DNA of 37,170 nt from positions 1 to 37,170 of the forward strand of contig CAZYBZ010000002.1 in the NCBI GenBank assembly GCA_964646075.1, given 5' to 3'. Shown in pieces: positions 25,714 through 34,924 of the stretch; position 1 is the first letter of the stretch, and each line of letters opens with the position of its first letter. This DNA comes from an uncultured Candidatus Saccharibacteria bacterium (GTDB lineage Bacteria > Patescibacteriota > Minisyncoccia > Minisyncoccales > PEYH01). Under the pieces are notes generated by a model, which was given only the letters and a program-made list of their open reading frames with translations, ran no database searches and was not told where the DNA came from. A program made the translations under genes and the position numbers.

Positions 25714-27162
25714 ATGAAGCAAAAATTATTCCTTTCAACCGCCATAGATTATGTAAATTCGTTTCCTCATATGGGGCATGCTCTAGAAAAGGTGCAGGCA
25801 GATGTTGTTGCCAGATATCATCGGATTTTAAATGAAGATGTCTTTTTTTTAAGTGGAACAGACGAGCATTCTTTAAAAAATGTAAAAACAGCCGAAAAGG
25901 AGAGGACTTCAGTAAAAGAATTAGTTGATAAAAATTCTAAAAAGTTTTATGAATTGAAAAAGGCTTTTAATCTTTCCTTTGATGATTTTATCAGAACTAC
26001 CGAAGGGCGCCATATAGAAGGAGCTCAAAAGTTTTGGTTGGCTTGTCAAAAGGATATCTATAAAAGAGAATATCAAGGCCTTTATTGCGTTGGTTGTGAA
26101 GTGTTTTTAAAAGAAAAGGAATTGATAGACGGGCTTTGCCCAGAGCATAAAATTAAACCGGAGTTGATAAAGGAAGAAAATTATTTTTTTAAACTTTCAA
26201 AATATCAAAATCAATTAAAAAAAATAATTGAAAATGATAGCGTTAAAATAATTCCCCAAACTCGCAAAAATGAAGTACTGAGTTTTATAAATTCTGGGCT
26301 TGAAGATATTTGTGTTTCAAGAAAATCAGAGCGTGGTAAGGGATGGGGGATTATTGTCCCCAATGATGCAAGTCAAATCTTTTGGACCTGGTTTGACGCT
26401 TTACCAAACTATATTAATGCTTTAGGTTACGCTGATAATAGTGAGGAGTTTCAAGAATGGTGGCAAGAAAATAAAAATATTTTACATATTATTGGAAAAG
26501 GAGTTTTAAGATTTCACGCGGTATATTGGCTTGCCTTCCTTCTCTCGGCAAAACTTAATCTACCCAAGGTAATTTTTGCTCACAGCTACTTGACCCTTAA
26601 TGGCCAAAAGATGTCGAAAAGTTTAGGGAATATTATAGATCCACTCAAGTTGGTTGAAAAATATGGAACTGACGCAGTTCGTTATTTTCTTTTGAGAGAG
26701 ATTCCGAGTACAAAAGATGGCGATTTTACGATAAAAAGACTTGAAGAGAGATACAATTCAGATCTCGCGGCTGGACTTGGAAATTTTGTTTCCAGAGTTT
26801 TGACAATGGTTAAAATGTCAAATTCTAAACCCCAGTCCTTAATGTCTGAGCAAATTCAAAATTCTGAAGTTAATACAGAAATTATTAAAGCCCAAAGAAA
26901 TTATAAAAAAGAGCTAGAGAATTTTAAGTTTAATCAAGCCCTAGAAGCAATTTGGCAATTGATTGGATTCTCTGATTGTTACATAGAGAAAGAGAAGCCC
27001 TGGGAGAGCCCAGAAGACAAATTATCGGTTCTTAATGATTTGTTATTAATTATTAGAGAAGTGGCTAAATTGCTTGAGCCATTTTTACCTCAAACATCCA
27101 AGAAAATTTTTGAACAATTAAAGGTCCAAAAGCCCGAACCATTATTCCCTCGACTTAATTAA
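25714..27162 (+). CDS. metG: Methionine--tRNA ligase (short form, no C-terminal tRNA-binding appendix)
   Basis: HIGH-type motif PHMGHALE, Zn knuckle CVGCE...CPEH, KMSKS (QKMSKSLGN). Confidence 0.95.
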   Translation: MKQKLFLSTAIDYVNSFPHMGHALEKVQADVVARYHRILNEDVFFLSGTDEHSLKNVKTAEKERTSVKELVDKNSKKFYELKKAFNLSFDDFIRTTEGRHIEGAQKFWLACQKDIYKREYQGLYCVGCEVFLKEKELIDGLCPEHKIKPELIKEENYFFKLSKYQNQLKKIIENDSVKIIPQTRKNEVLSFINSGLEDICVSRKSERGKGWGIIVPNDASQIFWTWFDALPNYINALGYADNSEEFQEWWQENKNILHIIGKGVLRFHAVYWLAFLLSAKLNLPKVIFAHSYLTLNGQKMSKSLGNIIDPLKLVEKYGTDAVRYFLLREIPSTKDGDFTIKRLEERYNSDLAAGLGNFVSRVLTMVKMSNSKPQSLMSEQIQNSEVNTEIIKAQRNYKKELENFKFNQALEAIWQLIGFSDCYIEKEKPWESPEDKLSVLNDLLLIIREVAKLLEPFLPQTSKKIFEQLKVQKPEPLFPRLN

Positions 27163-27164
27163 TT

Positions 27165-28010
27165 ATGTTTTTTGATACTCACGCTCATCTTAATTTCACG
27201 GATTTTATAAGGGATAGAGATAGTCTCGTTAAAAAATGTCTTAAGAATAATGTTTGGCTTATAAACGTTGGGACTAATTTTTTTACTTCTCAAAAGGCTC
27301 TTAATATTGCTCAAGAATATGAACAGGGAGTTTATGCGGCGATTGGTTTACATCCAGGAAACCTAGAGGCAGAATTTACTGAAAACTTAGAATCTGAGAC
27401 CAAAGGCCCCTTAAAAAATATTATAGGAGAAGAATTTAACTATCAAGGTTATAAGAAATTAGCCCAAGACAAGAAAGTGGTAGCGATAGGTGAAATTGGC
27501 TTAGATTATTTCTTGAAACCAGAGAGTAAAAAAAGGCTAGAAAGATTTAAAAAAGAACAAGATTTTTTATTTCATCAACAGGTTAGGCTGGCGAAAGAGC
27601 TTGATTTGCCAATGATTTTGCATTGTCGAAGGGCTCATGAGGATTTTTTAAGAATATTGAGAAAATTATATTCTTCTTATGACAGAAAGTTTCAGGGAGT
27701 TATCCATTGCTTCACCGGAAACATAGGGCAAGCGAGAAAATATATAGAGCTTGGTTTTCTTCTTGGTTTTAATGGTATTATTTTTAAGTTGAACCTTAAA
27801 GATATTATTAAAAAAGTTCCTTTAGACAAAATGTTGATTGAAACTGATTGCCCCTATCTTTCTCCGCCAGGCTATGACAAGAAACGGAATGACCCTCTGG
27901 GGGTTAAGTTTGTGGCAGAAGAAATTGCCAGTATTAAAAAGCTTTCTCTAGAAGAGGTCGCTCATCAGACGACTCAAAACGCCCAAAAACTATTTCTAAA
28001 AAAGATATGA
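27165..28010 (+). CDS. tatD: TatD family metal-dependent hydrolase/DNase
   Basis: FDTHAHL, EIGLDY, HCRRAH, ETDCPYL. It is adjacent to metG, as in many bacteria. Confidence 0.9.
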   Translation: MFFDTHAHLNFTDFIRDRDSLVKKCLKNNVWLINVGTNFFTSQKALNIAQEYEQGVYAAIGLHPGNLEAEFTENLESETKGPLKNIIGEEFNYQGYKKLAQDKKVVAIGEIGLDYFLKPESKKRLERFKKEQDFLFHQQVRLAKELDLPMILHCRRAHEDFLRILRKLYSSYDRKFQGVIHCFTGNIGQARKYIELGFLLGFNGIIFKLNLKDIIKKVPLDKMLIETDCPYLSPPGYDKKRNDPLGVKFVAEEIASIKKLSLEEVAHQTTQNAQKLFLKKI

Positions 28011-28155
28011 GTATAGTTGAAGAATATTTGATTAAGAAATCAGTGTGCAGCCCCCTTTGGCTCTAAGCGTTATAAAAGAAAGATTGCTATCAATTTTACT
28101 AACAATTTAAATTTAGCCCGAAGTTGCTAGCCGAGACCTGACTTAACTAATCTGG

Positions 28156-28176
28156 TCGCCAATTAGGCGATTTTTT
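28156..28176 (+). terminator. Short hairpin plus T6 after tatD
   Basis: TCGCC(28156-28160)-AATTA-GGCGA(28166-28170)-TTTTTT(28171-28176). The stem is only 5 bp. Confidence 0.4.
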
Positions 28177-28184
28177 GGTAGAAT
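28176..28184 (+). promoter_or_regulatory. Extended -10 element TGGTAGAAT ending 8 nt before the leuS GTG start
   Basis: Read directly. A possible -35, TCGCCA, lies at 28156-28161 (17-nt spacer). The predicted +1 is about 28191 and the start codon is at 28193. Confidence 0.4.
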
Positions 28185-28192
28185 AAAGAACC

Positions 28193-30706
28193 GTGAAGAA
28201 TTATAATCCAAAACAAATAGAAGGAAAATGGCAGGAGAAATGGGAGAAGGAAAAGATTTTTCAGGCAAAAGATTTTTCAAAAAATCCTAAATTTTTTATC
28301 TTAGATATGTTTCCTTATCCATCTGGAGAAGGACTTCATGTTGGTCATCCCCGCGGCTATATCGGTACAGATATAATCTCTCATTATATGAGGATGACAG
28401 GATATAATGTTTTGCATCCTATGGGTTGGGATGCCTTTGGTTTACCAGCAGAGAATTATGCTATTAAAACAGGGACACAGCCAGCTGTTTCGATAAAAAA
28501 AAATATTAAAAGGTTCAAGGAGCAGATGAAGATAATTGGTCTTTCTTATGATTGGTCGAAAGAGGTTAACACCACAGACCCAGAATATTACAAATGGACA
28601 CAATGGATTTTTCTTAGATTATTTGAAAAAGGTTTAGCCTATCAATCATATTTGCCGATCAATTGGTGTCCTTCGTGTAAAACAGGATTAGCGAATGAAG
28701 AAGTAGTGGAGGGGAAATGCGAAAGATGCGGAGTTATTGTTACTAAGAAAAATATCAGGCAATGGGTTTTAAAAATTACTGATTATGCCGAGGAATTGCT
28801 TGATGGCCTAGATAAACTGGACTGGCCAGAGAAGATTAAAGAAATGCAGAAAAATTGGATAGGGAAATCTCAGGGCGCGGATATAATATTTCCAATTAGT
28901 AATAGTGATTTAGAGATTAAGGTGTTTACTACTCGCCCAGACACGATTTTTGGAGTAACATTTATAGTTTTGGCGCCAGAGCATAAGTTGGTGGAGAAAA
29001 TCACTGTTTCTGAAAGATTAGAACAAATTAGACAATATCAAAAAGAAACGAAAGAGAAGTTAGATGTTGATAGGCAGATTGAGGGTAAAGGGAAAACAGG
29101 AGTTTTTACCGGAACTTATGCTTTTAATCCAGCCACTAGAGGAAAAGTTCCTATTTATATTGCAGATTATGTTTTACCTCATTATGGCTACGGCGCGACA
29201 ATGGGAGTGCCGTCTCATGACAGCAGGGATTATGAGTTTGCCAAGAAATTTAGATTGCCTATTAAAAAAGTAATTAAACCTGTTCTTTTGCAATACTTTG
29301 TTCGTAATCCAAAAGATATTGCGGCTGGTGCTTCAACTTCATTAAAAATTGAAAGTGATTGCTGGGAGGGAGAAGGAATTTTAATAAACTCTGAACAATT
29401 TAACGGAATGGATTCCGAAAAGAGTAGAGAGAAAATTACTAAATGGCTAGAAGAAAGGGGTTGTGGTAAAAGAGCGGTTCATTATAAGCTTAGGGATTGG
29501 ATTTTTTCAAGACAGAGGTATTGGGGAGAACCAATCCCTCTTATCTTTTGTGAAAACTGTAAGAATAAAATTGAAAAAGGAAAAAATGAAAAAAGAGAAT
29601 TTAATAAAGGAGAATTATTAAACCCTGGTTGGATTGTTTTATCTGATAAAGAACTTCCCTTAAAATTGCCTAAGTTAGAAAAATATCAACCAACTAATAC
29701 TGGTGAATCACCACTAGCGCAAGTTAAGGGTTGGAGAGAAACAATTTGTCCTAAATGTGGAGAAAAAGCGAAAAGGGAAACAAATACAATGCCTCAGTGG
29801 GCTGGCTCTTGTTGGTATTTTATTCGTTATCTTGATTCAGGAAATAAGGAAAAATTAGTAGGCGAAAAATTAGCCGAATATTGGTTGCCGGTTGATTTTT
29901 ACGTTGGTGGAGCGGAACATGCGGTCCTTCACCTTCTATATTCTCGTTTTTGGATAAAAGTACTATTTGATCTTAAAATTATTGATTTTAATGAACCATT
30001 TTTAAAATTGCAGACAATCGGATTAATCCTGGCGTCTAATGGTCAGAAAATGTCAAAATCGCGAGGTAATGTTATAAACCCTGATCAGATAATTAAGGAT
30101 TATGGAGCAGACGCCTTTCGGCTTTACGAAATGTTTATAGGACCTTTTGATCAACCGATATTATGGGATTCAAAAGGAATTTTAGGAACAAGAAGATTTT
30201 TAGAAAAAATTTGGAATATTTTTTTAACATTAAACCAAAGAGAAGACAAGATAATCAAAAAAAAATTGCATCAACTTATTAAAAAAATAACAAAAGACAT
30301 TGAAGCTCAAAAATTTAACACCGCTATTGCGGCAATGATGGGGTTTGTGAATGAGGCGCAGGGTTACGGGCTTTCTCAAAAACAAGCAGAAAAATTTTTA
30401 AAAATTCTTGCTCCTTTTGCTCCTCATATAACTGAGGAGTTGTGGCGAAAGTTAGGTCACGAAAGCTCTGTTCTAAGAGAAAAATGGCCCAAATATGACA
30501 AAAGATTAATAAAAGAAGAGGCTTTTTGTTTACTTATTCAGGTAAACGGTAAATTGCGGGATACAATTAGTGCACCTCTGGATATTTCTGAAAAACAGGC
30601 CAAGGATTTAGCTTTAAAGTCTCCGAAAATTAAAAAATGGCTCGATGGTAAAAAGATTAAAAAAATGATTTTTCTTAAGGACAAACTAATTAATTTTGTA
30701 ATTTAA
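28193..30706 (+). CDS. leuS: Leucine--tRNA ligase
   Basis: HIGH (LHVGHP), editing domain (TTRPDTIFGVTF), KMSKS (QKMSKSRGN), Zn-binding Cys pairs. GTG start. Confidence 0.95.
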   Translation: MKNYNPKQIEGKWQEKWEKEKIFQAKDFSKNPKFFILDMFPYPSGEGLHVGHPRGYIGTDIISHYMRMTGYNVLHPMGWDAFGLPAENYAIKTGTQPAVSIKKNIKRFKEQMKIIGLSYDWSKEVNTTDPEYYKWTQWIFLRLFEKGLAYQSYLPINWCPSCKTGLANEEVVEGKCERCGVIVTKKNIRQWVLKITDYAEELLDGLDKLDWPEKIKEMQKNWIGKSQGADIIFPISNSDLEIKVFTTRPDTIFGVTFIVLAPEHKLVEKITVSERLEQIRQYQKETKEKLDVDRQIEGKGKTGVFTGTYAFNPATRGKVPIYIADYVLPHYGYGATMGVPSHDSRDYEFAKKFRLPIKKVIKPVLLQYFVRNPKDIAAGASTSLKIESDCWEGEGILINSEQFNGMDSEKSREKITKWLEERGCGKRAVHYKLRDWIFSRQRYWGEPIPLIFCENCKNKIEKGKNEKREFNKGELLNPGWIVLSDKELPLKLPKLEKYQPTNTGESPLAQVKGWRETICPKCGEKAKRETNTMPQWAGSCWYFIRYLDSGNKEKLVGEKLAEYWLPVDFYVGGAEHAVLHLLYSRFWIKVLFDLKIIDFNEPFLKLQTIGLILASNGQKMSKSRGNVINPDQIIKDYGADAFRLYEMFIGPFDQPILWDSKGILGTRRFLEKIWNIFLTLNQREDKIIKKKLHQLIKKITKDIEAQKFNTAIAAMMGFVNEAQGYGLSQKQAEKFLKILAPFAPHITEELWRKLGHESSVLREKWPKYDKRLIKEEAFCLLIQVNGKLRDTISAPLDISEKQAKDLALKSPKIKKWLDGKKIKKMIFLKDKLINFVI

Positions 30707-30708
30707 AT

Positions 30709-31956
30709 ATGGAAGAGAATAAAATTATGTGTCAAAAGACGAAAAGGTGTTGTAAACAAGGAAGCAGCAAGACGACGGCAATTATTTTAACGGCCGGGAA
30801 GGGAGAACGAATGCAGCCTCTTTCTCTCGGGAAGCCAAAGCACTTGTTGTGCGTTTTGGGGAAAAGCATTATAGAACATAATTTAGACCAGCTGAATGGT
30901 CTTGTAAGCGAAGTTGTATTAGTAGTAAGGCCTGATGGAATATGTAAGGCGATAAAGCAAGCTATAGGTAATAACTACAAGAATTTAAAAATAAGATACG
31001 CTATTCAAAAAAAAGCACTAGGAACGGGCGACGCCGCTAAGTCCACTTTATCTTTTGTTAACGATAAGTTTCTTTTGCTAAATGGCGATGATTTATATTG
31101 CCGAAAGGATATCCAAGAAGTTTTAAAAAACTTTCCTTGTCTTTTAGCCAAAGAAGTAGCTCAACCTCAGTTTTTTGGAATTATTGAGCATAGAGATGGA
31201 GTAGTTAACTCGTTGGTTGAGAAGCCCGATAAGCCAAATTCAAATTTAGCTAACACCGGTCTCTATTTCCTATCTAAAGAAATCTTTAATTTTTCTATTA
31301 GAAAATCGCCTAGAGGCGAATATGAGCTTACTGACTACATTAAACAATTTATTAAGAAAAATAAACTTTATCTGATAGAGGCCGAGAGATGGACACCTGT
31401 TTCTTTTCCTTGGAATCTTTTAGAAGTGAGCAGAGTATTATTTGAGCAGATAAAAGGGAAAAACCTAGCCAAAGTTAAAAAAAATTGTAATATTTCTGGA
31501 AAAGTAAGAATTGGAGAGGGAACAATTATTAAGAGCGGGGTCTCCATTGAGGGACCTGTTTATATCGGTAAAAATTGTGTTCTCGGTCCAAACTGTTTTT
31601 TAAGAGGAGTTGTTAGTATGGGTGATAATTGTCGAGTTGGTCAATCGGTAGAGATAAAAAACTCGATAATAGGCGACAATACCAGCATTGCTCATCTTTC
31701 CTATGTTGGCGATTCTATTGTTGGAGAAAACTGTAATTTAGGAGCGGGTACAATAGTCGCTAACGTCAGACACGACAGAGGAGTTATTGAGACAAAGATT
31801 AGGGGGATTCTCGTTAGTACTGGGAGAAGAAAGTTTGGCGCTATTTTAGGAGATGGAGTGAAAACAGGGATAGGAACCTTAATTTATCCGGGTCGGAAAA
31901 TTTGGCCTGGCAAGACTACTTTACCAGGAGAGAAGGTCGTGAGAGATATAAGTTGA
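30709..31956 (+). CDS. Sugar-1-phosphate nucleotidyltransferase fused to a left-handed beta-helix (GlmU-like / archaeal-type bifunctional enzyme)
   Basis: LTAGKGERMQPLS..KPKHLL nucleotidyltransferase loop. The C-terminal hexapeptide repeats include IGDNTSIAHLSYVGDSIVGENCNLGAGTIVAN. There is a Cys-rich N-terminal extension (MCQKTKRCCKQ). Confidence 0.75.
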   Translation: MEENKIMCQKTKRCCKQGSSKTTAIILTAGKGERMQPLSLGKPKHLLCVLGKSIIEHNLDQLNGLVSEVVLVVRPDGICKAIKQAIGNNYKNLKIRYAIQKKALGTGDAAKSTLSFVNDKFLLLNGDDLYCRKDIQEVLKNFPCLLAKEVAQPQFFGIIEHRDGVVNSLVEKPDKPNSNLANTGLYFLSKEIFNFSIRKSPRGEYELTDYIKQFIKKNKLYLIEAERWTPVSFPWNLLEVSRVLFEQIKGKNLAKVKKNCNISGKVRIGEGTIIKSGVSIEGPVYIGKNCVLGPNCFLRGVVSMGDNCRVGQSVEIKNSIIGDNTSIAHLSYVGDSIVGENCNLGAGTIVANVRHDRGVIETKIRGILVSTGRRKFGAILGDGVKTGIGTLIYPGRKIWPGKTTLPGEKVVRDIS

Positions 31957-31983
31957 TAATTAATAGCTGATGATTGATAATCT

Positions 31984-32904
31984 ATGAAGAAAATCAAGGC
32001 GCTTGTTTTATTATCTGGTGGGTTAGTCTCTATCTTAGCAATTAAACTTTTAATGGAAGAAGGTATTGAGACAGAGGGATTATCTTTTAAAAGTTGTTTT
32101 TTTGACACAAAAAAAGCGGAAATAGCAGCAGAATATTTTGGTATTAAATTAAGGAAAATTAATTTTTCTACTAGACATTTAAAGATGGTGAAAAATCCGA
32201 GATATGGTTATGGAAAAAATATGAATCCTTGTATTGATTGCCACCTTTTAATGTTGAAAATAGCAAATGAGATCAGAGAGAAAGAAAGATTTGATTTTGT
32301 GGCGACAGGCGAAGTTTTGGGACAAAGACCAATGTCCCAAAATAAGAGGGCGTTAGAATTAATAGAAAAAGAATCGGGTTTGTCAGGCAAGCTCCTGAGG
32401 CCATTGTCAGCAAGACTGTTAAGAGTAACGGAGGCTGAAAAGAAAGGCTTAGTTGACAGAAATAAGTTATTGGATATTAGTGGCCGACAAAGAGAGAAGC
32501 AATTAGCTTTGGCTAAAAAATATAAGATTAAATGGTATCCTAGCCCCTCTGGAGGATGCTTATTAACCGATCCGATGTTTGGTAAACGGTTAAAAGAATT
32601 ATTTGATAAAGAGCCCAAAGTAAAGAAAAACGATATTGAGCTATTAAAAATTGGTCGTCATTTCTGGGAAGGAAGTATTAAAATTATTGTTGGCAGGAAT
32701 CATCAAGAAAATTTAAGGATTAAAAAAACAAAAAGAGAAGGCGATTTTTTAGTTGAGCTTAAAGATTTTCAAGGACCAAGTGTTCTAATCCGAAGTTATA
32801 GAGGAGAGATTCCAAGGAAGACAATCAAGAGAGCCCAAAAATTAGCTAAGTTTTATTCAAGAGAAGCGCGTGATCAAAAAGCAGTAGAGTATTTCGTTTA
32901 TTGA
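31984..32904 (+). CDS. PP-loop superfamily ATPase, tRNA-thiolation-like (ThiI/MnmA-related)
   Basis: N-terminal VLLSGGLVS (variant of SGGxDS), NPCIDCH, TGEVLGQRPMSQ, LRPLSA, GGCLLTD. The family assignment is from motif memory only. Confidence 0.6.
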   Translation: MKKIKALVLLSGGLVSILAIKLLMEEGIETEGLSFKSCFFDTKKAEIAAEYFGIKLRKINFSTRHLKMVKNPRYGYGKNMNPCIDCHLLMLKIANEIREKERFDFVATGEVLGQRPMSQNKRALELIEKESGLSGKLLRPLSARLLRVTEAEKKGLVDRNKLLDISGRQREKQLALAKKYKIKWYPSPSGGCLLTDPMFGKRLKELFDKEPKVKKNDIELLKIGRHFWEGSIKIIVGRNHQENLRIKKTKREGDFLVELKDFQGPSVLIRSYRGEIPRKTIKRAQKLAKFYSREARDQKAVEYFVY

Positions 32905-33013
32905 TACTTTTTTAAAAACAAGATATAATAAATTTGATTTTAAGATCTTGTTCAAAAATTAAGATAAAGCTTTTATAATCAAACAGCTAAACAGATAAAA
33001 TTAACTTATTTCT

Positions 33014-33844
33014 ATGCTGAATTTTGACTTTCAACTCACTTGGTCCTTTATAATTCAATGGCTTTCTATTCATAGCGCAAATATTATAGCTATTGTTTTT
33101 GGAGGGATTATTATATATCGAATTTTTAAGAGGTTTGTTAATCGTTTGATAGAGAGAGTTGTTAGAAAAAATTACACAGATCTGGCCAGAGACGGTATGA
33201 AAAGAAGGTCTCAAACTTTATCAGGGTTTCTCTCAGTTACTGGGAAAACATTGATAATCTTAGTGGTCATTCTTATGATTTTTCTAGAGATAGGAGTCAA
33301 TATCAGGGGTTTTTTAACAGGGATAGGGATTTTAGGATTAGCAATTGCTTTTGGCGTTCAAGGTTTAATTAAGGATGTAATCGCCGGGTTTTTTATTTTA
33401 ATAGAAGATCAGTATCGGGTGGGTGATTGGGTTAATATTGATAAGACAGAAGGAAAAGTAGAAAAAGTTAATCTTCGCAGAACTGTTTTGCGAGGAGTTA
33501 ACGGAGATCAGTATTTTGTTATTCATAGTACAATTAAAAAAGTTTCTAATTTAACGAAAGGTCTTTCTAGGATCAATGTTACTATTTTTTTGTCTTATGA
33601 GGCTAATATTGACAAGGCTCAAGAATTAATAAATAAGGTTGGCAAGGAGTTGCTTAAAGACCCGAAGATGAAACCATTAATCATAAAAGAGCCAGAAGTT
33701 CTGGGAGTAGATAGCATAAAAGATGGAAAAGTTTCCTTAAAGATTTTTGGAGAGACTCAACCAGGGAAGCAGTGGGAAGTGGCTAGTGTTTTCAGAAAAA
33801 GGATTAAAACTGTTCTTACTGATAATGGAGTAGAGTTAAAATAA
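33014..33844 (+). CDS. mscS: Small-conductance mechanosensitive channel (MscS family)
   Basis: Three TM helices followed by the beta-domain motif LIEDQYRVGDWVNIDKTEGKVEKVNLRRTVLR. Confidence 0.9.
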   Translation: MLNFDFQLTWSFIIQWLSIHSANIIAIVFGGIIIYRIFKRFVNRLIERVVRKNYTDLARDGMKRRSQTLSGFLSVTGKTLIILVVILMIFLEIGVNIRGFLTGIGILGLAIAFGVQGLIKDVIAGFFILIEDQYRVGDWVNIDKTEGKVEKVNLRRTVLRGVNGDQYFVIHSTIKKVSNLTKGLSRINVTIFLSYEANIDKAQELINKVGKELLKDPKMKPLIIKEPEVLGVDSIKDGKVSLKIFGETQPGKQWEVASVFRKRIKTVLTDNGVELK

Positions 33845-34034
33845 GGTGAAACTCTTCTAAGAAGCCCTTGTTATGATTTGTGCCCCAAAAAGCGAATATT
33901 TTACATTTACTTTTTAGATATACCTCAGTTATGGGGTTTTTATTATCTTGTACCAAGGATGAGGCTAAGTAGCTCTGCCATAACAAGAAGGATAATAGTA
34001 ACTTTCTGATTTGTAAGATTTTTAGAATCATTAT

Positions 34035-34808
34035 ATGATAAAAAGGATGGCAAGAGTAATTACTATCGCTAATTTAAAAGGAGGAGTAGGGAGAACCAAT
34101 GTTTCTGTCAATTTATCTATGTTTTTATCTGCCTTGGGCAGAAAAGTTTTGCTTATTGATTTGTGTCCCCAAGGTGACGCCACTTTTTGTTTAAGAATTA
34201 AGTCATCATCAAATTTTATTGGTAATGTTTTATTAAAAAAAATAAGACCACGATCGGCAATAAAAAGCACTTCCTATTTCGGTTACGACATTATCCCCTC
34301 TTTTCCCCCGATGCCAGAGGAGATAATTTCTAAGCTCAGGGGTAGTCGTAGGCCAGAGAAACGATTAGACGAGATTCTGGATCAAATTAAGGAAGATTAT
34401 GATTTTATTATTATTGACACTCCGTCTAATTTTAATCTTTTGGTTGCCAACGCCCTTGTCGCAACCGACGAAATCATTATTCCTATTCAATGTGAATATT
34501 TGGCACTAAGAGCTGCTAATCAACTCACGAGTTTTTTAAAATCTTTTAAAAATCTTAAAAATAAAGAAATCAGTGCTCTTTTGACAATGCATAGCTGGAG
34601 GAGTCGACTTTCCAGAGTTATTACCAAGAAGACCAGAGATGAGTTTTCTGGTTATATTTTTAGCACTATTATTCCCAGAACCGCAATTTTATCTGAGATA
34701 AGAGAGACAAAAGAACCGATTTTAAAATCTGCTCCTAATTCTCGAGCTGCTCGCGCGTACAAGCAGTTAGCTGAGGAAGTTATAAATAAAGAGAAGAGGG
34801 GCGAATAA
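34035..34808 (+). CDS. ParA/Soj/MinD-family ATPase-like protein, orphan, with substituted catalytic residues
   Basis: ITIANLKGGVGRTN (deviant Walker A with GRT instead of GKT), LLIDLCPQG (instead of DxDPQG), Walker B DFIIIDTPS. No parB follows. ATG 34047 is an alternative start. Confidence 0.85.
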   Translation: MIKRMARVITIANLKGGVGRTNVSVNLSMFLSALGRKVLLIDLCPQGDATFCLRIKSSSNFIGNVLLKKIRPRSAIKSTSYFGYDIIPSFPPMPEEIISKLRGSRRPEKRLDEILDQIKEDYDFIIIDTPSNFNLLVANALVATDEIIIPIQCEYLALRAANQLTSFLKSFKNLKNKEISALLTMHSWRSRLSRVITKKTRDEFSGYIFSTIIPRTAILSEIRETKEPILKSAPNSRAARAYKQLAEEVINKEKRGE

Positions 34809-34860
34809 TTAATAAAGACTATTAATATTAGTCATTGATAGTTAGTGATTGGCGATAATA

Positions 34861-34890
34861 AAAACTATCGGGCATTGGCCAGATAGTTTT
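34861..34890. terminator. Bidirectional terminator-like hairpin between convergent genes
   Basis: AAAACTATC(34861-34869)-12 nt loop-GATAGTTTT(34882-34890). The A/T runs on both sides give a U-tract on either strand. Confidence 0.6.
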
Positions 34891-34924
34891 ATTTATAGAA
34901 GATTAAAAGAAGTTTTTTCTTTAA

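Noticed and set aside
28011-28192. Possible T-box or other riboswitch leader upstream of leuS
   Set aside because: I could not find the conserved T-box sequence (AAnnnGGGUGGnACCGCG), a convincing Stem I with a specifier loop, or an antiterminator alternative. The hairpin plus T6 at 28156-28176 is explained more simply as the tatD terminator, and an extended -10 (TGGTAGAAT) sits right at the leuS start. The first 145 nt or so remain unassigned. An Rfam scan would settle this.
32917-32952. Hairpin AACAAGAT-20 nt-ATCTTGTT after the PP-loop gene, considered as an intrinsic terminator
   Set aside because: It has a large loop and no T-tract on the + strand. The T-tract is on the - strand, where no gene ends. 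It is too weak to call.
33867-33987. 9-bp inverted repeat CTTGTTATG (33867-33875) / CATAACAAG (33979-33987) in the mscS-parA spacer, considered as a structured RNA or MITE
   Set aside because: It is only 9 bp with about 100 nt between the arms, which gives a chance probability of several percent within a 200-nt spacer. There is no further complementarity.
33816-34270. Reverse-strand ORFs 33816-34031 and 34031-34270
   Set aside because: The first spans the mscS stop and the AT-rich spacer. The second is antisense to the Walker A region of the parA-like gene. Neither has recognisable motifs.
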